Shown here: piece by piece, positions 26,060 to 38,600 of the stretch | Numbering within the stretch: the stretch's first letter is position 1 | How the letters are laid out: the number at the start of each line of letters is the position of its first letter | DNA from: the human T2T-CHM13v2.0 reference genome, Homo sapiens | NCBI RefSeq assembly: GCF_009914755.1 | Contig: NC_060930.1 | DNA: 64,000 nucleotides | Direction: 5' to 3' (one strand) | Translations under genes and position numbers: made by a program | The notes under the pieces: model-generated | Seen by the model: the letters and a program-made list of their open reading frames with translations, nothing else | The model's database searches: none | What the model was told of the DNA's origin: nothing

Positions 26060-26701
26060 AATTGATAGTCTTCTTATTACCTTAACCTTATAAGGCAATC
26101 CTAGTGTACACACTTATCATTATTACCAAACTGAAATCATTGTTTTATTATTCATATTCAGTCTATTGCCTTTTTCATATACTTAATTGCACTGTTTGTT
26201 AAGGATGCCATCTTTCTGTAAGTGAAACTTCCACAATCTGTTCTCCATTCACATCAATCATGTTAATTTTCATTGATCATCTCTTTTTCATTTTCTCAGA
26301 CTCTAATGGATTTTTTAAAAACATTCTTCTCCAGATTATTAGCTCAATTTTCCTAAACGATTAATGCTTTTCTTTATCATCTCAACTGTGGATTTAAATT
26401 CTGCTATTCCTATTTTAGTTTCAGTTTCAATGTCTAACCCAGGTCTTTTTTCATCTCTGCTATTCTTTATATTTTCATCTGTTTTCTTTTTATCATATAA
26501 TATTCTCTATGTAAGACTTTCCGCTCCTAATTTTTTAAAGCTGCATGATTTTATATTGTATTGATATATTTTCTGTATTTTTTTATTGTTTATGGTAAAT
26601 AACTATTGCAGTATGCTATTCCTGTGAAAAATCAGAAAGATGTTCCTTTGTGTGTGTGTGTGAATGTTTACAAGTAATTGATGAAGGTATCTCTATCAAC
26701 A

Positions 26702-27017
26702 TTTTATTTATTTATTTATTTTCATGAGACAGGGTCTTGCTCTGTGGCCCAGGTGAGAGTGCAGTGGGGAGATCACGGCTTACTTGCAGCTTCAACCTCC
26801 TGGGCTTAAGTGATCCTCCTGTCTGAACCTCCAAGTAGTTGGGGCTACATGCACGTGCCACCATGCCTGCGTAATTTTTTATTTTATTTTTATTTTTTGT
26901 AGAGATGGGGCCTTGCCATATTGCTCAGGCTGGTCTCAAACTCTTGGGCTCAAGCAATCTTCCTGCCGCGGCCTCCCAAAGTGCTGGGATTAGAGGCATG
27001 AGTCACCTCACCCAGCC
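26702..27017 (-). mobile_element. AluJ-type full-length element
   Basis: Reverse Alu with J-type features (gggcttaagtgatcctcctg, gggctcaagcaatcttcctgcc); (TTTA)n tail; probable TSD aacatttt. Confidence 0.92.
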
Positions 27018-29039
27018 TAACATTTTTAACTAGATGAGTTAGGCTTTATCCTTTTAACTAGAAAGACTCATTGCAAAATTTAGATATTTAAATTATCATA
27101 AAAAATGTCTGCAATTTTTCAAGAAATAAGCCTGCTGAATATTCCAGATTCTGTGTGATTTCCACAGAATACAGTGAAATTTTACTAATCACATAAAATC
27201 ATTTCGTGTTTTTTTTAAAGATGCCTCCAACAAGGAAATATACCTAACGGACAGAATTTTGAAAAGCTAGGCATATACCCAAAAGTTTATATTACTGTGT
27301 CCACACATGTAGTTCTGTATTTTTATTTACTACCTTTTGTTTGTTAATTTATTTCATCAGTTCTAACCAAAGTCATATACGATTTATTTTGAATCATTTC
27401 AGCCCCTCCAATTTCTTTTATTATTGATGTTTATATTACTTCTCAACCCTGGCAAAGTCATTTTAAAACCAGAAAAGACTATTACAAGCAATATCTTTCT
27501 TGATCATAACAATTTGATGTGAACTCATTCATTCTGTGAGCAGATCTAAAGAGGAAAGTAAATTGGAATTTTTCAATTGGTGGTACAGCAACATTGCTGC
27601 TACCCTGGAGACCTGTTTTCAAAGGCAACCAAGATATTTAGGTATCCCATACCAATTCAATTTAGGGGGTCTATTTTAGGAGACTTGTTCCCTCTCGAAA
27701 GAGAATTGGCTACCAAAGTTAATGGGACCACCTGCAAAACAGTCAATACTTCCTGTAGTATTAAGTGAGGTTTTAGTTTGACAGAAACAACATGACATAC
27801 CAATGCTTCACATTGCCTTTTCCTTCTTTCTATTTTGTTTCTGTTTTCCCTACTTATCTCAAATATAATTTAACTCATTTAGGCAAACATAACATATGCT
27901 GCTTCTCAAATAAAAATATAGATGGAAAAATGTAAATATATGTCTATAAAATTTTACACATTTATTATGGAACTGAGGATGTGTCTATATGTTGAAAAAG
28001 CAAAGTACCGATATCTGTGATTATTTCCTATGGACACACGAATACATTTTAGAAACCACTTTATGTGCAATCTGAACAATGTATGCCTTTTCTGTCATGC
28101 TTCTTAGGGAAAATCCTAAAAAAAATACATTGTCATATTCCTTTTAAGAGAGGAATATTTTGTAAATATTTCAGTGATTCTTTACAGACAGGATAACGTA
28201 GAATCAACAAGAACAAGATAATAAAACAGATTTTTTTCTTCCTTGATATGGATTCTCCTTTTTTATTTTTGAAACATTTAAAATAAGTTCCTTAGAGAGT
28301 CAAGAGGCAAAACATAAATAAATAATAAAAATAAAATAAAATTCTGGCTCTATGCCTTTCTTTAATTTTTGGCTTGAAGCAGATTAGGGTAATTGGAGGT
28401 ACAATTTTGGTCTGTGCTGCTGCTGCTGCTGTTGCCCTTATTGTAGGCAAAATCTTCTGTAAATTTTGCACTTCGTTGCATGGAGATTTTCTAGTAAATT
28501 GTTCATCATGTTAGAAAAACAACCAGCTTATATTAACAAAGTTCAACAGCTTATAAATTTCAACAGCCATATTTATGTAGCAAGAATGTAAGCAGAATCC
28601 AAAAGACTGTTTCATGAACCTGTTCATTTGAGCTAACTGACATGATAATATAGCCTACCAAAGTGATTTGCTTGAATTACATAGAATAAATTGATATGAT
28701 GAGCCACAGTTTTAAAGATTGTTATCAAATCTCATTTCCCCTTTCTCTGTGTAACCATACTTGAAATAATCAGCCAAAAATAACCAGACTAATATGGAAT
28801 ATATTTTGAATTCAGACATCTGAATGCGGCAGTGGGTAGTATCCAAACTGATTAGAGAATAGATTGGAACTCTAGTCCAAAACAGTGTAGTCACATAGCT
28901 GCATCCTTAGGTTTTGAGAAATAAGATTCAATTAGAGTTATGTAAAACCAGGATTGTCAAGTCACTACATCACATGCTCAATTATTTGGTGCCACAGAAA
29001 GGCACTAAAGCCCTATAGTTTAGGGTTAATAGTTTTTGA

Positions 29040-29740
29040 TGGGAATCACCAATTGTGGATATCTACAAAATTATACATGTATTTGTGTGAGCTTAAGTTA
29101 TAAATGTAAGTTATATACGTAGTAAATATATGACAGTTATAAAATATAAAAATAAAATAAATACATTGAAACCACTATGTAAACTCAGAACTAGTATATT
29201 CATTACCAATATTTGAAGCTATCGGTGTGTTTTTACAATATTCCATTCATGTTTTTTCTTTTGAAAAATAACAAATATCCTAAATTTTAATGCTGTTATT
29301 TTTAATGTTTTACCATTTAGTATCAATGAACCATACAGTCTTTTGTTTTCTTGCTTAAGAGCTTAAAAATCATACCCTATTTTAGACTTTTTAGAATTAC
29401 TTCAATGAGAAATATTATGTTTCAAAGATTTACAAACTCTGTTTAATGCATTAGTAATTTGTCCATTTTCATTGTTGTCTAATATTCCATGGTATGACTA
29501 TTGTAAAACTTAAGTATTATTTTTCAGTACAGAGCCCCTGCAATATGGTATTAATGTGCCACTAGACTTTGGACAAATAAGGTAACTATAAACATTCCTG
29601 TACAAATCCCCCTGTGGAATTGTTTAGTATTGAAATTGTTTGCCTGAAATTATACAATAATGTCCAACTATTTTCAAAATATTAGAATGATTTTTCTCAT
29701 ACTCACAGACATAAGAACTTCCACTGAACTTCCATTTTCA
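29040..29740 (-). mobile_element. Degraded L1ME-like fragment
   Basis: ccattttcattgttgtctaatattccatggtatgacta...ctataaacattcctgtaca, antisense L1M pattern. Confidence 0.45.
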
Positions 29741-30349
29741 GGAATATAATAAGATAGGCAATTCTGAGCATTGTTCCCACCAAGCCAACTCCAAATACTA
29801 GACAAAAAACGTATATTTCCAATTATTCTTAAGATAATTAACTGACAAGATAGTAAAAAAATTGAAATTACTTATTAAAAATTAAGAGAAAGCTGATGAT
29901 CAGAGAAGAAATGGATTCTTGAAGCCTTTTATACATAATGAAGTTGATAATCCAAAAAACAATCTTAAATGTTGAGTTTGATCTTTAAAGTTCCGAAGCA
30001 AGAGAGACAAAAGTCAAACCTATGAGCCTGCCTAAGAAAGGAGCTATTATAGTAGACACTGCCCACATTAAGCCAAGTCCCCAAAGTGTTAAACCATCAT
30101 TACGAGAGGAAGACGAAAAATAAATAAATAAATAAACCTCCTTCCTAACAGCATACCATAGGACAACAACAACAACAGTTCTCAGTGCTAAGCAAAGCAG
30201 CAAGTAAAAAGAAAACACATCTTGAGAAGTTAACCATAAGGCAGCCAGAGTGTAAATTTGGAGCGCTAATCTCAGATCTTGAAGTGAAATAACCCTAGAC
30301 AGTTAGTGGCACCTCACACTTAGAAGAAGTAATCACAGATCTTCTCTGC

Positions 30350-30830
30350 AGAAAGTTTTCTTCTTTACAACCTCAAATAATTTCTTAAGAACATTGAAAA
30401 GGCAATTAAATAAAAAAATAACCAAACACCATGTAAAGACAAGGTACCAGAAGCAATAAAAAGCAAAGTATCTGCAACAGAAACCCACCCATAAAGAAGT
30501 TAGACAAGAATTATAAAACATGCACACACACAGTTCTAAAATATTTTCTTTAAAAACAACAAGTTTAAAAATGTCTTTAGAGCAGTGGAAACAAAGCATG
30601 TATAAAAAAGAATCAAAAAGAACTTTTGAAAATAAAAGTTTAACAAAAACTAAATAAAAAATAAAAAATTAGTGGGTAAGTTAAGTATCTAATGAACATT
30701 AGAGTCAGCTGCAGGGAGAATTTTAAAACCAAAAATAGTTCAGAAAAAAGTTACTCAAGGTACAGCACAGAAAGATAAAATGATTAAGTTATAAATAAGA
30801 GTATGAAAAGTTAAAGGATATAATAATGTC
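30350..30830 (+). mobile_element. Ancient L1 5'/ORF1-region (or HAL1) remnant
   Basis: A-rich decayed coding pattern: aaaaagaatcaaaaagaacttttgaaaataaaa...attagagtcagctgcagggagaatt...acagcacagaaagataaaa. Confidence 0.45.
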
Positions 30831-30833
30831 TGT

Positions 30834-30975
30834 CATACAGTTGAAATGATATTTGGGATATACTGGATTTCATAAAATGTATTATTAAAATTAATTTTAC
30901 TCATTTCTTTTTACTTTTGTTTAATGTTACAGTTAGACATGTAATATTACAGATATGGCTACCCTTATATTTCCA
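30834..30975. mobile_element. MER33/MER3-like hAT fragment
   Basis: gttgaaatgatatttgggatatactgg...tattattaaaattaattttactcatttctttttactttt. Confidence 0.7.
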
Positions 30976-31244
30976 TATCAAATTTAGCTATTCCAGACTT
31001 CAGTATTTAGCTCACTGTGCTCCCCAAATCACAACTTCATAAAGATTTCTTATAAGCCACCAATATATTCAAATATTATTTTGGTTTTACCAAGGACTTA
31101 GTTGTGAGAGAGAGAATAGAGAAGACACCTTAGAGTATTTAGTTCAAAAGTCTGCTAAATATGAATGTGCCCAAAGTAAGTTTTTTAAGAAGATTGAGAT
31201 TTTCTGAAAGCATCTGGGCGACTTGGTGTCTTCCTTAACTTTTC

Positions 31245-31355
31245 CTATAATCATAGGTGAATTATTTAACTTTGCTGTGCTTTAATTTTGTGATTTGTAA
31301 AGGAAGAGTTTGGGCCTAGGTAATCTTAAGTATGTTTCTAGATTTAATATTTTAC
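31245..31355 (+). mobile_element. MIR/MIR3 fragment
   Basis: aattatttaactttgctgtgctttaattttgtgatttgtaaagg...ggcctaggtaatcttaag. Confidence 0.5.
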
Positions 31356-32026
31356 CACTGACTTAAAATTATACACACAATGATAAGAATCTTGACAAAA
31401 ATCTAAAGAAGTGTTTTTGATATATAGTTACATTTTCTAAGGAAGCTAAGTGGGATATGTTACTATTGCTTGGATCAAGAAAGAAAACAGGGAAAAAAAT
31501 GAGAAAAGAATTTATTAAAGGAGAAACATAATACAGCTCTTTAAAATGAGGAAAATAACGATTTTGACATGATAAAAATACTATTGTATAAGAGTAAATA
31601 TTATACATCTTTTAAAAGTACATGATCATAAAAGCAAAGCAAAGTGCAGTCTATTATTTGTCTTCTGAGATATTGTAAAGCAATGACTGTAGTGCAGTTT
31701 CAAAATTACAAGTAAGCATATTGTTGGCATTCACAGATTTAGAGAAACATAATGTGCAAATTGAGCAGTAAAAAGTTCACAGTACAATAATATAGTTAGA
31801 ATTCTTGGAATATATTATGTCTATTCTCATGGCTATTTATAGTTTTATACTATTATTCATTATCTATAAATTATTTTAATGTCAGGGAAGTAGGAGGAAA
31901 GCTGTCACCATATTTTTTAGAAAAAAAGATGAATATTCTGACAAGACAGTCTTTATCTGTAATTTTCCATCCTCCTGCATCTCTTGCATTCTACAGAATG
32001 GTTCATACCTTTAGATAAAAAGCAAA

Positions 32027-32081
<55 letters not shown>
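32027..32081. repeat. (TG)n(TA)n compound microsatellite
   Basis: Direct read. Confidence 0.95.
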
Positions 32082-32082
<1 letters not shown>

Positions 32083-33361
32083 ACATTTTTCTCTAGCTAC
32101 TGAGGTGTTTATTAAAGGTTTTAATTTCATTTAAAAATTACTTTTTTCTTACTATTAAAATGATTATGTTTTCTATTATTCAACTAAGATGCTATCCCTA
32201 ACTTCCTCTATTTTTTTTACCTTACACCCCACTCTCCCACCCTCAGCTATAAAATGCATATATATAAGCAGTGAAAAACTTCTGACTACCTATAACATTC
32301 AGAAGATATTAGTCAAATAATATTTAGTGTTGCAAACCATATTACTAGAGGAAAAAAAGAAAATAAACACTTTTAATAAAAACTATTTTACTAGATGTAT
32401 GTTTTTCATATTTTATTTTTGAAGAGTTTTTAAAATTCTCATAATGTGCAAAGGTGGTATAAATTGTCAAGATTACTTATTATTCATTATAAATAATAAA
32501 ATCATTATATCAGTTATCAAGATTTCTATATGCACAGAATAAAAATTATAATTTTATAGAAGTACATGTCCCAGATTTCACAAAAACACTTTTGCTTCCA
32601 TTCTATAAAAACTTTTGAGGAAACCAAGGGAATGTAGTGCCATAAAATTTAATCTCATAAGAAGAAAATGAGTGCATTCTATAGTAATCAATTTTTAATA
32701 TCAAGTATTAATTAGAACATTGACATATACTAAGAGTTTATTAGTATATTTATAGATCAGGCATTTCTAGAAGAAAAACATAAATAAAGTAATAACACTT
32801 ATTCTCTTGCTTTTGCTCCTTAACTGACAAATTGAGTTTTAAAATAAAATTTCATTGTGAATTTAACATTGTAATTAATTTGACTATGATAATCTTTGGC
32901 TAGCAAAACTGTTGTTTTTAAAATATAATAATATTTCTTTAATTTAGAAATGGAGGTTCATTTAGACAATGAAATTAGCCATTCTCTATCATTTTATACT
33001 AATGAGGACTTGTATTCTTTTTTTCTATTTATCTTTCCTTTGCCCTATAATATTACAAAATTTGACTATCGATATTAATGGCCCAAAATACTAAAATGCT
33101 TTCTACAAATCTTTATGAGGTTCCCAGAATATTTACTGAAAGAGGGAAATTTGCTGGGATTAGATTAAAGGGATTTTCCCTCCTTCTTTCTCTTACGTTT
33201 GGGGAGGCAACTGTAGGTGCTTTAAATTCTGTTAGATTAGCACCAGAATTAGAACTAAGGTTAAATTAATCTTTTAAATCACATAAATATTACACAATTA
33301 TTGGTTCTCATTACTCTCTGGTGCTTTTGGGGGATGACCAGATGATAACTGAAGCAAATAT

Positions 33362-33428
33362 ACTTACCTGAAACAAAATAAAAGATTCATGGAGGATTTG
33401 AAAATTTTGTAATATGTCAGGAGAAAAA
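33362..33428 (-). promoter_or_regulatory. Juxtaposed 3'/5' splice signals (recursive-splice-site-like)
   Basis: Minus strand: tttttttctcctgacatattacaaaattttcaaatcctccatgaatcttttattttgtttcag|GTAAGT. Confidence 0.45.
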
Positions 33429-34508
33429 AATGTGATAGAAAAATAAATAGAAAAAATAATTTCTGAGTCAAAGAAGAAATTAAAGCATACAGTTGGATTT
33501 AAAATGAGAGCTAAAGTTCAGCAATGCCTGCCTGGCAGGTCTCAGCAAGACTTGCATCATGTTGAAACCGAAGATCCTAAAATTAAATTCCCACATGGTT
33601 TGATCTGTCAAGTGTTGGAATGGTAGAAGTAAGTGTGTCTGTCTGGGCTACTGTGTTTGAATAGTTCGAATGGTATTGATATTCCCAGATGACCACTTGA
33701 ATTCTGGCTGCGTATCTTGCAACTTTCTTTGATTTTATCTCTAAAAGAATTATAGTATAAGATGGAAAACCATTTATTTAGATGTCACTGAAATATATTT
33801 TAAGTGTAGAAGCAGGTCTTTCCTGTTGTCCTTAAAGAAGCTTTAAATATTCTCAAAGTTTTAATGGAAACCAAAAATTTATGTTTGCCTATTTTGGGTT
33901 TCTGCCAAACAGTATAATAGAACTGACTCGACTGATAGTACTATGGATCATAATTTATTGTGAAACAAATATTATGTGACACCAATAGAAGAGAAAAATG
34001 AACAACTCTAAAAAAGCATTAATGGGTAACAAAAAAGGTTCTGCCTTTCTTTAAGTTTTTTTCCAGGCTCCTTCTCTCATTCCTAACAGAATAATCCCTC
34101 TTGAACCAAATCCGGGAAAAAAAGAAACTTGAATTCAGGGTATTTCAAAAGATAGTCAAATCTTTTTTGTATCTTTTGGTTTACTCAAAAGCAGACTGAG
34201 TCATATGAATTTCTCCTGTAAGTCCTTAAATTCTAGCCAACTTTTCCATTATGAATTAGTCAACTTTGGTTTGCAAATGAAGAATGATCATTACTAAATC
34301 ATCTTTTCCAGATTGATTTTTGTAAAATAAGTAAAGGAAATAGCACTGCAATATTTATTTATTTCATTAAATAATGATGCACTGTATTGACAAATTAAAT
34401 ATTTTTAATAAACATCTGTCTAGACTTAGGAGATTTTTTACGTGTATGTAGTGCATGATTTAAGATTTAATTCAGGCAAATACTGTACTTGGCCCCAAAT
34501 GGAACCAA

Positions 34509-34645
34509 AGTTACTCAAGATGAATAAGCTCTAGAGGTCTGCTGTCTGCTGTACAGCATTGTGCCCATAGTTAACACTATTCTATTACACACTTAAATTT
34601 TGAATATAGATCTCATATTAAATGTATTTTTCTATATTAAAAATA
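34509..34645 (+). mobile_element. Short L1MA9/L1MA10/L1MB1-type 3'-terminal fragment
   Basis: caagatgaataagctctagaggtctgctg...tacagcattgtgcccatagttaacact. Confidence 0.75.
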
Positions 34646-34658
34646 GTCTAATATTTCC

Positions 34659-35757
34659 TACAGAAAAGACAACCTACAGAATGGGAGTAAATATTTGCAA
34701 ATCATACATCTGATAAACGATTAATATTCAAAATACGTAAAGAACACTTACAAATCAATACCAAAAAAAAACCATAAATAACCCTGTTAATAAGTGGAGA
34801 AAGGCTTTGAATACACATTTTGCCATTTTGTCAAAGAAGACATACAGATGGCCAACAGGCATATGAAAAGATGCTCAGAACATCACTAATTGTCTTAGTG
34901 AGTCTGGGGTGCTATAAAAAATTATCAAAGACTGAGTGACTAAGACAACAAACATTTATTTATCATAGTTCTGGAGGATCCGAAGTCCAAAATCAAGATG
35001 CTGCCAGACCTAGGGTCTTTTGTGGTCCTGCTCGCTGGTTTGCCAGCGAACTTCTCCTTCTATGATTAAATAAACAAAAGATAACAAGAGTTAGCTAGGA
35101 TATAAAAAAACTGGAATGCTTGAACACCTTTGATAAGAATGTTAAATGGTACAGCTGCTACAGAAAATAGTATGAAGATTCCTCAAAAAATTAAAAATAG
35201 AACTGCAGTATAATCCAGCAATTCCACTTTCAGGTATTTATCCAAAATAATTGAAATTTGGAACTCAAAGTGATATGTGCATTCCCACATATCCCACATA
35301 TGTGCATTGCAACATTATTCATAATACCAAGCTGTGGAAACAACTAAATGTATACTAAAGGAATAAATAGGAGAATGTGATATATAGATACAAATGGATA
35401 GTGTTCAGCCTTAAAAAAGAAGGAAATTCCACCAGATGGAACAATATGCATGGACTTAGAAGACATTATGCTAAGTGATGTAAGCCATTCATAGAAAGAC
35501 AAATACTGTGTGATATTAAGTATTAATGAATTAGTAAAACTTATAAAAGCAGAGAGTAGAATGGAGGTTGCCAGAGGCTAAGGAGAGGGGAATACAGGAA
35601 GTTACTATTCAATGGGTATAAAGTTTCAGTTATGCAAGATGAATAAGTTCTAGAGATCTAATGTACAGCATTGTGCCTATGGTTAGCAATATTCTATTTT
35701 ACACCTACATATTGTTGAAAGTGGATCTTATGTTAAATGTTCTTTCCATAATAAGAA
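34659..35757 (+). mobile_element. 5'-truncated L1MA9/L1MA10/L1MB1-type element
   Basis: gacaacctacagaatgggagtaaatatttgcaaatc (ORF2 end) through aaagtttcagttatgcaagatgaataagttctagagatc (3' UTR). Confidence 0.85.
34891..35065 (-). mobile_element. Truncated MLT1A-type LTR inserted in the L1
   Basis: tgtcttagtgagtctggggtgctataaaaaatt...aaacatttatttatcatagttctggagg...agtccaaaatcaag. Confidence 0.75.
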
Positions 35758-36235
35758 AGTTGACTATTTCCCCCATTGATTAATTTTATTGTATCAGCTT
35801 TTCTTATTAATTCTTTGTGAAGATTAATGAAAAATGAACATACTTTTATAGCAAAAATAGGGGTGAACTCTCCCATTAGGTCTGATAGTTTGAAAATGAA
35901 AATATCTGTAATGTTTTCTCTTTAGAGATTAATCCATTATCACTTAGTTCCTAGAATTCAAATCCATTACTGTTATATATGTACTATAAAATATATACAA
36001 AAGCATAATTCAAGTTTGTAAGCATCATCCAATTTGTGGAATTAACATGAGCAGGGAAGAAAAATTGAAACTTGCACATCTGTAATGCAGTAAGTCACAC
36101 AGAAATTATGGTTTAAAAATTTTTAAAGATTTTTTTCTTAATGTATGGCCCAGAAATTATATTTTGGTCATTTTACATAGTATTTTAACAACATCAGCCA
36201 TGAAACTACTATGCTGACAAAGCAGTTTTGCTCAC

Positions 36236-36295
36236 CTTCATCCTCTCTTTTGATTGCCAACTTCAGTGACTATTATTAAGGTTAGCAATAAGTTT
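36236..36295 (-). other. Candidate 60-nt non-coding exon
   Basis: Minus-strand acceptor aacttttcacag| and donor AAG|GTGAGC; stops in all frames. Confidence 0.25.
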
Positions 36296-37059
36296 CTGTG
36301 AAAAGTTCTTAGCAAGTTAATCGACCCCTTCCTTCAAAATAAAACACAATAAACCTTGAGGGTTTAGAAAACCAGTTCAACTGAACTAAATACGAAACGC
36401 ATTTTAGTGTGGAACAAACCACTCTTCCTTCTTTACTCGAAATTAACATTAGCCCAGGATTACACAATGATAAAACTAATGGTGATTATTGAAACTCAAG
36501 GTAGCCCTAAAGCAAGTCCTTCTATTGCTCACAATTATGTCTTTAAATTCAAAAGCAGGAATAAAAGAAATGATGAATAAATTAAGACCTAAGTTCAAAA
36601 TATGCGTTGAATATCTTTGAATAAGTAGGAGGTCATTACTTTGCTGCTTTAAGTGCAACTACACTTCTCTTTAGTGTTATGCTGTATTTTCCACAAACTT
36701 CTAAAATTGGCTCCTTTCCAAGGACTAACTTCTCCTTATCTGTCACGGTGTCTTTGTTACTATACATTATTTCTAAGAAATTCCTTTCCAGCCCTATATC
36801 ACTTCATATTAAATCAAGCAGATGAAACTTGTTCTTTTACATTGAGAGCCAATGTCATCCAAATAAAGTCAAACAATTATTTTAAAACACAAAATGTTTG
36901 CATCCCAGGAATCAAGCTGCATGGACGTCATACATGTTGAGGTACTAAATGAGAATCATGTAGGATTTGTTAGAGGCATAAATACTCTTGCTCTGTGTTC
37001 TGTGATGAGTCTGAAAGAAGCTACATTTCTCCCTTCCCTAGGTTTGTAGGTGTACTTTA

Positions 37060-37095
37060 CACAAACACACACACACACCTTACACACACACACAC
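37060..37095. repeat. Interrupted (CA)n
   Basis: Direct read. Confidence 0.8.
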
Positions 37096-38161
37096 TTCTT
37101 TTGAAATTATGCCAGCATTTCATCAAACAAGGAAGACAGACAGAAAACATTATAGGCCCATAATTGTGAAACCCAGCAATGTTAGTGGTACTGTTAAATC
37201 CTTAACAACATCCTGTGTCATTCAAATTTACCTAATTTATTCTTTCCAGGATGTGGTTTATAATGGAGACTTTCTCTATTAATTGATAAACAGCTGTAAG
37301 TGCAAAAGAATGAAATGTGGAAAAGCAGGCTTTATGTTCCCAGAAAAATAAAATAAATAAATAATGAACATGGCTTAAGCTAAGGGTAAGTCAGTAAGCA
37401 CTTCCGTAGCAAAAACCCTCATTGAAATTAATGAAAATTTTGTTCCTGTGTGTGATTAGGGTTTTATTCTGACTGAAGCTAGTTGCACAATGAACTCCGG
37501 AATATAGTATCACATTGATATTGCATCCTCTTAATCAGAGAATAAATTTTTGTAAATACTTAGAAATATAAAAATATTTTATTTACGAAAAAGTCAGCAC
37601 AATTGTACAGCTGGGTTGTTCACACAGTAAGATTCACTGTTTGCCAGCTTACATATATGAGTAAGATTGAAAAATGAGTTTAATGTTTTAAGTGCCTGAG
37701 CATTTTGTCATGTGTAAAGGCTAAAGAGGTCTAAACTCTAAAGGGGAGTCTCTCAAATTCTAAAATACTAAGCTTAAATAATACAATTTGCTATTAGAAA
37801 ATATTTGCTTCTATAATCATGGAATTTCCTTAGCAAATAAAATATATTTTGGACAATGTTTAAGAGTGTCATTGTTTTCTCTAAAGTGATTTTGAATACC
37901 TTGGAGAACTAGTTGAAGTGTATTTTTTCTTAAGCTATATAGTTTGAATTTAAATTATTAAAATTATTTAAACGAGACGCAATTATTTTCTGATAGAAAT
38001 GCTTACTGGATGATATTGTATAAATCATTCTATGGCAACAACATACCTTCTAAGTTGACATTAATGTATTTTAGCTCCACAAATATTTTATGTTGTAGAT
38101 TATTTTCAGAGGTATTATTGAGGGTAAAGTTCTATGAGACTTTGGATTCTTCATAGATTAC

Positions 38162-38600
38162 TGTATTTGTTAGGATTAGATTTGACTATAAAGGTTAAAA
38201 AAGCTAATTAGAGTGGTTTAAAAAAACACAAGTCTATTTCTCAAGTAAAAATCCAAATAGAGGCTCTATGACTGAAATGATGGCTCCAACAATATTAGTG
38301 ACATAGTTTCCTTTTTTTCTAAGTGTTCTATCATCCTTAAAGCCAGCTTTAACCTCACGGACCAAAATAAGTGCTTCAGTTCCATCCATTACATCTGCAT
38401 TCTAACAAACAAGGCAGGAAAAAAGTCAGGAAATATAAATAAGCCTTTTATATTTAAGTACTCTTACCAGAATCTGTATATATCATTTGTAGTTATATTC
38501 TGTTCTCAGGATGTTATATAAATTTGCTTTGCTGCAAAGGAGAATAAGAAATGTAATCTATATCTATCACTTAAAATCAGACTGTCATTTATTTAACATA
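38162..38600 (-). mobile_element. Old ERVL/MaLR LTR (LTR33- or MLT1-like)
   Basis: tgtatttgttaggattag...agtggtttaaaaaaacacaagtctatttctc...gcttcagttccatccattacatctgcattc; family uncertain. Confidence 0.4.
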
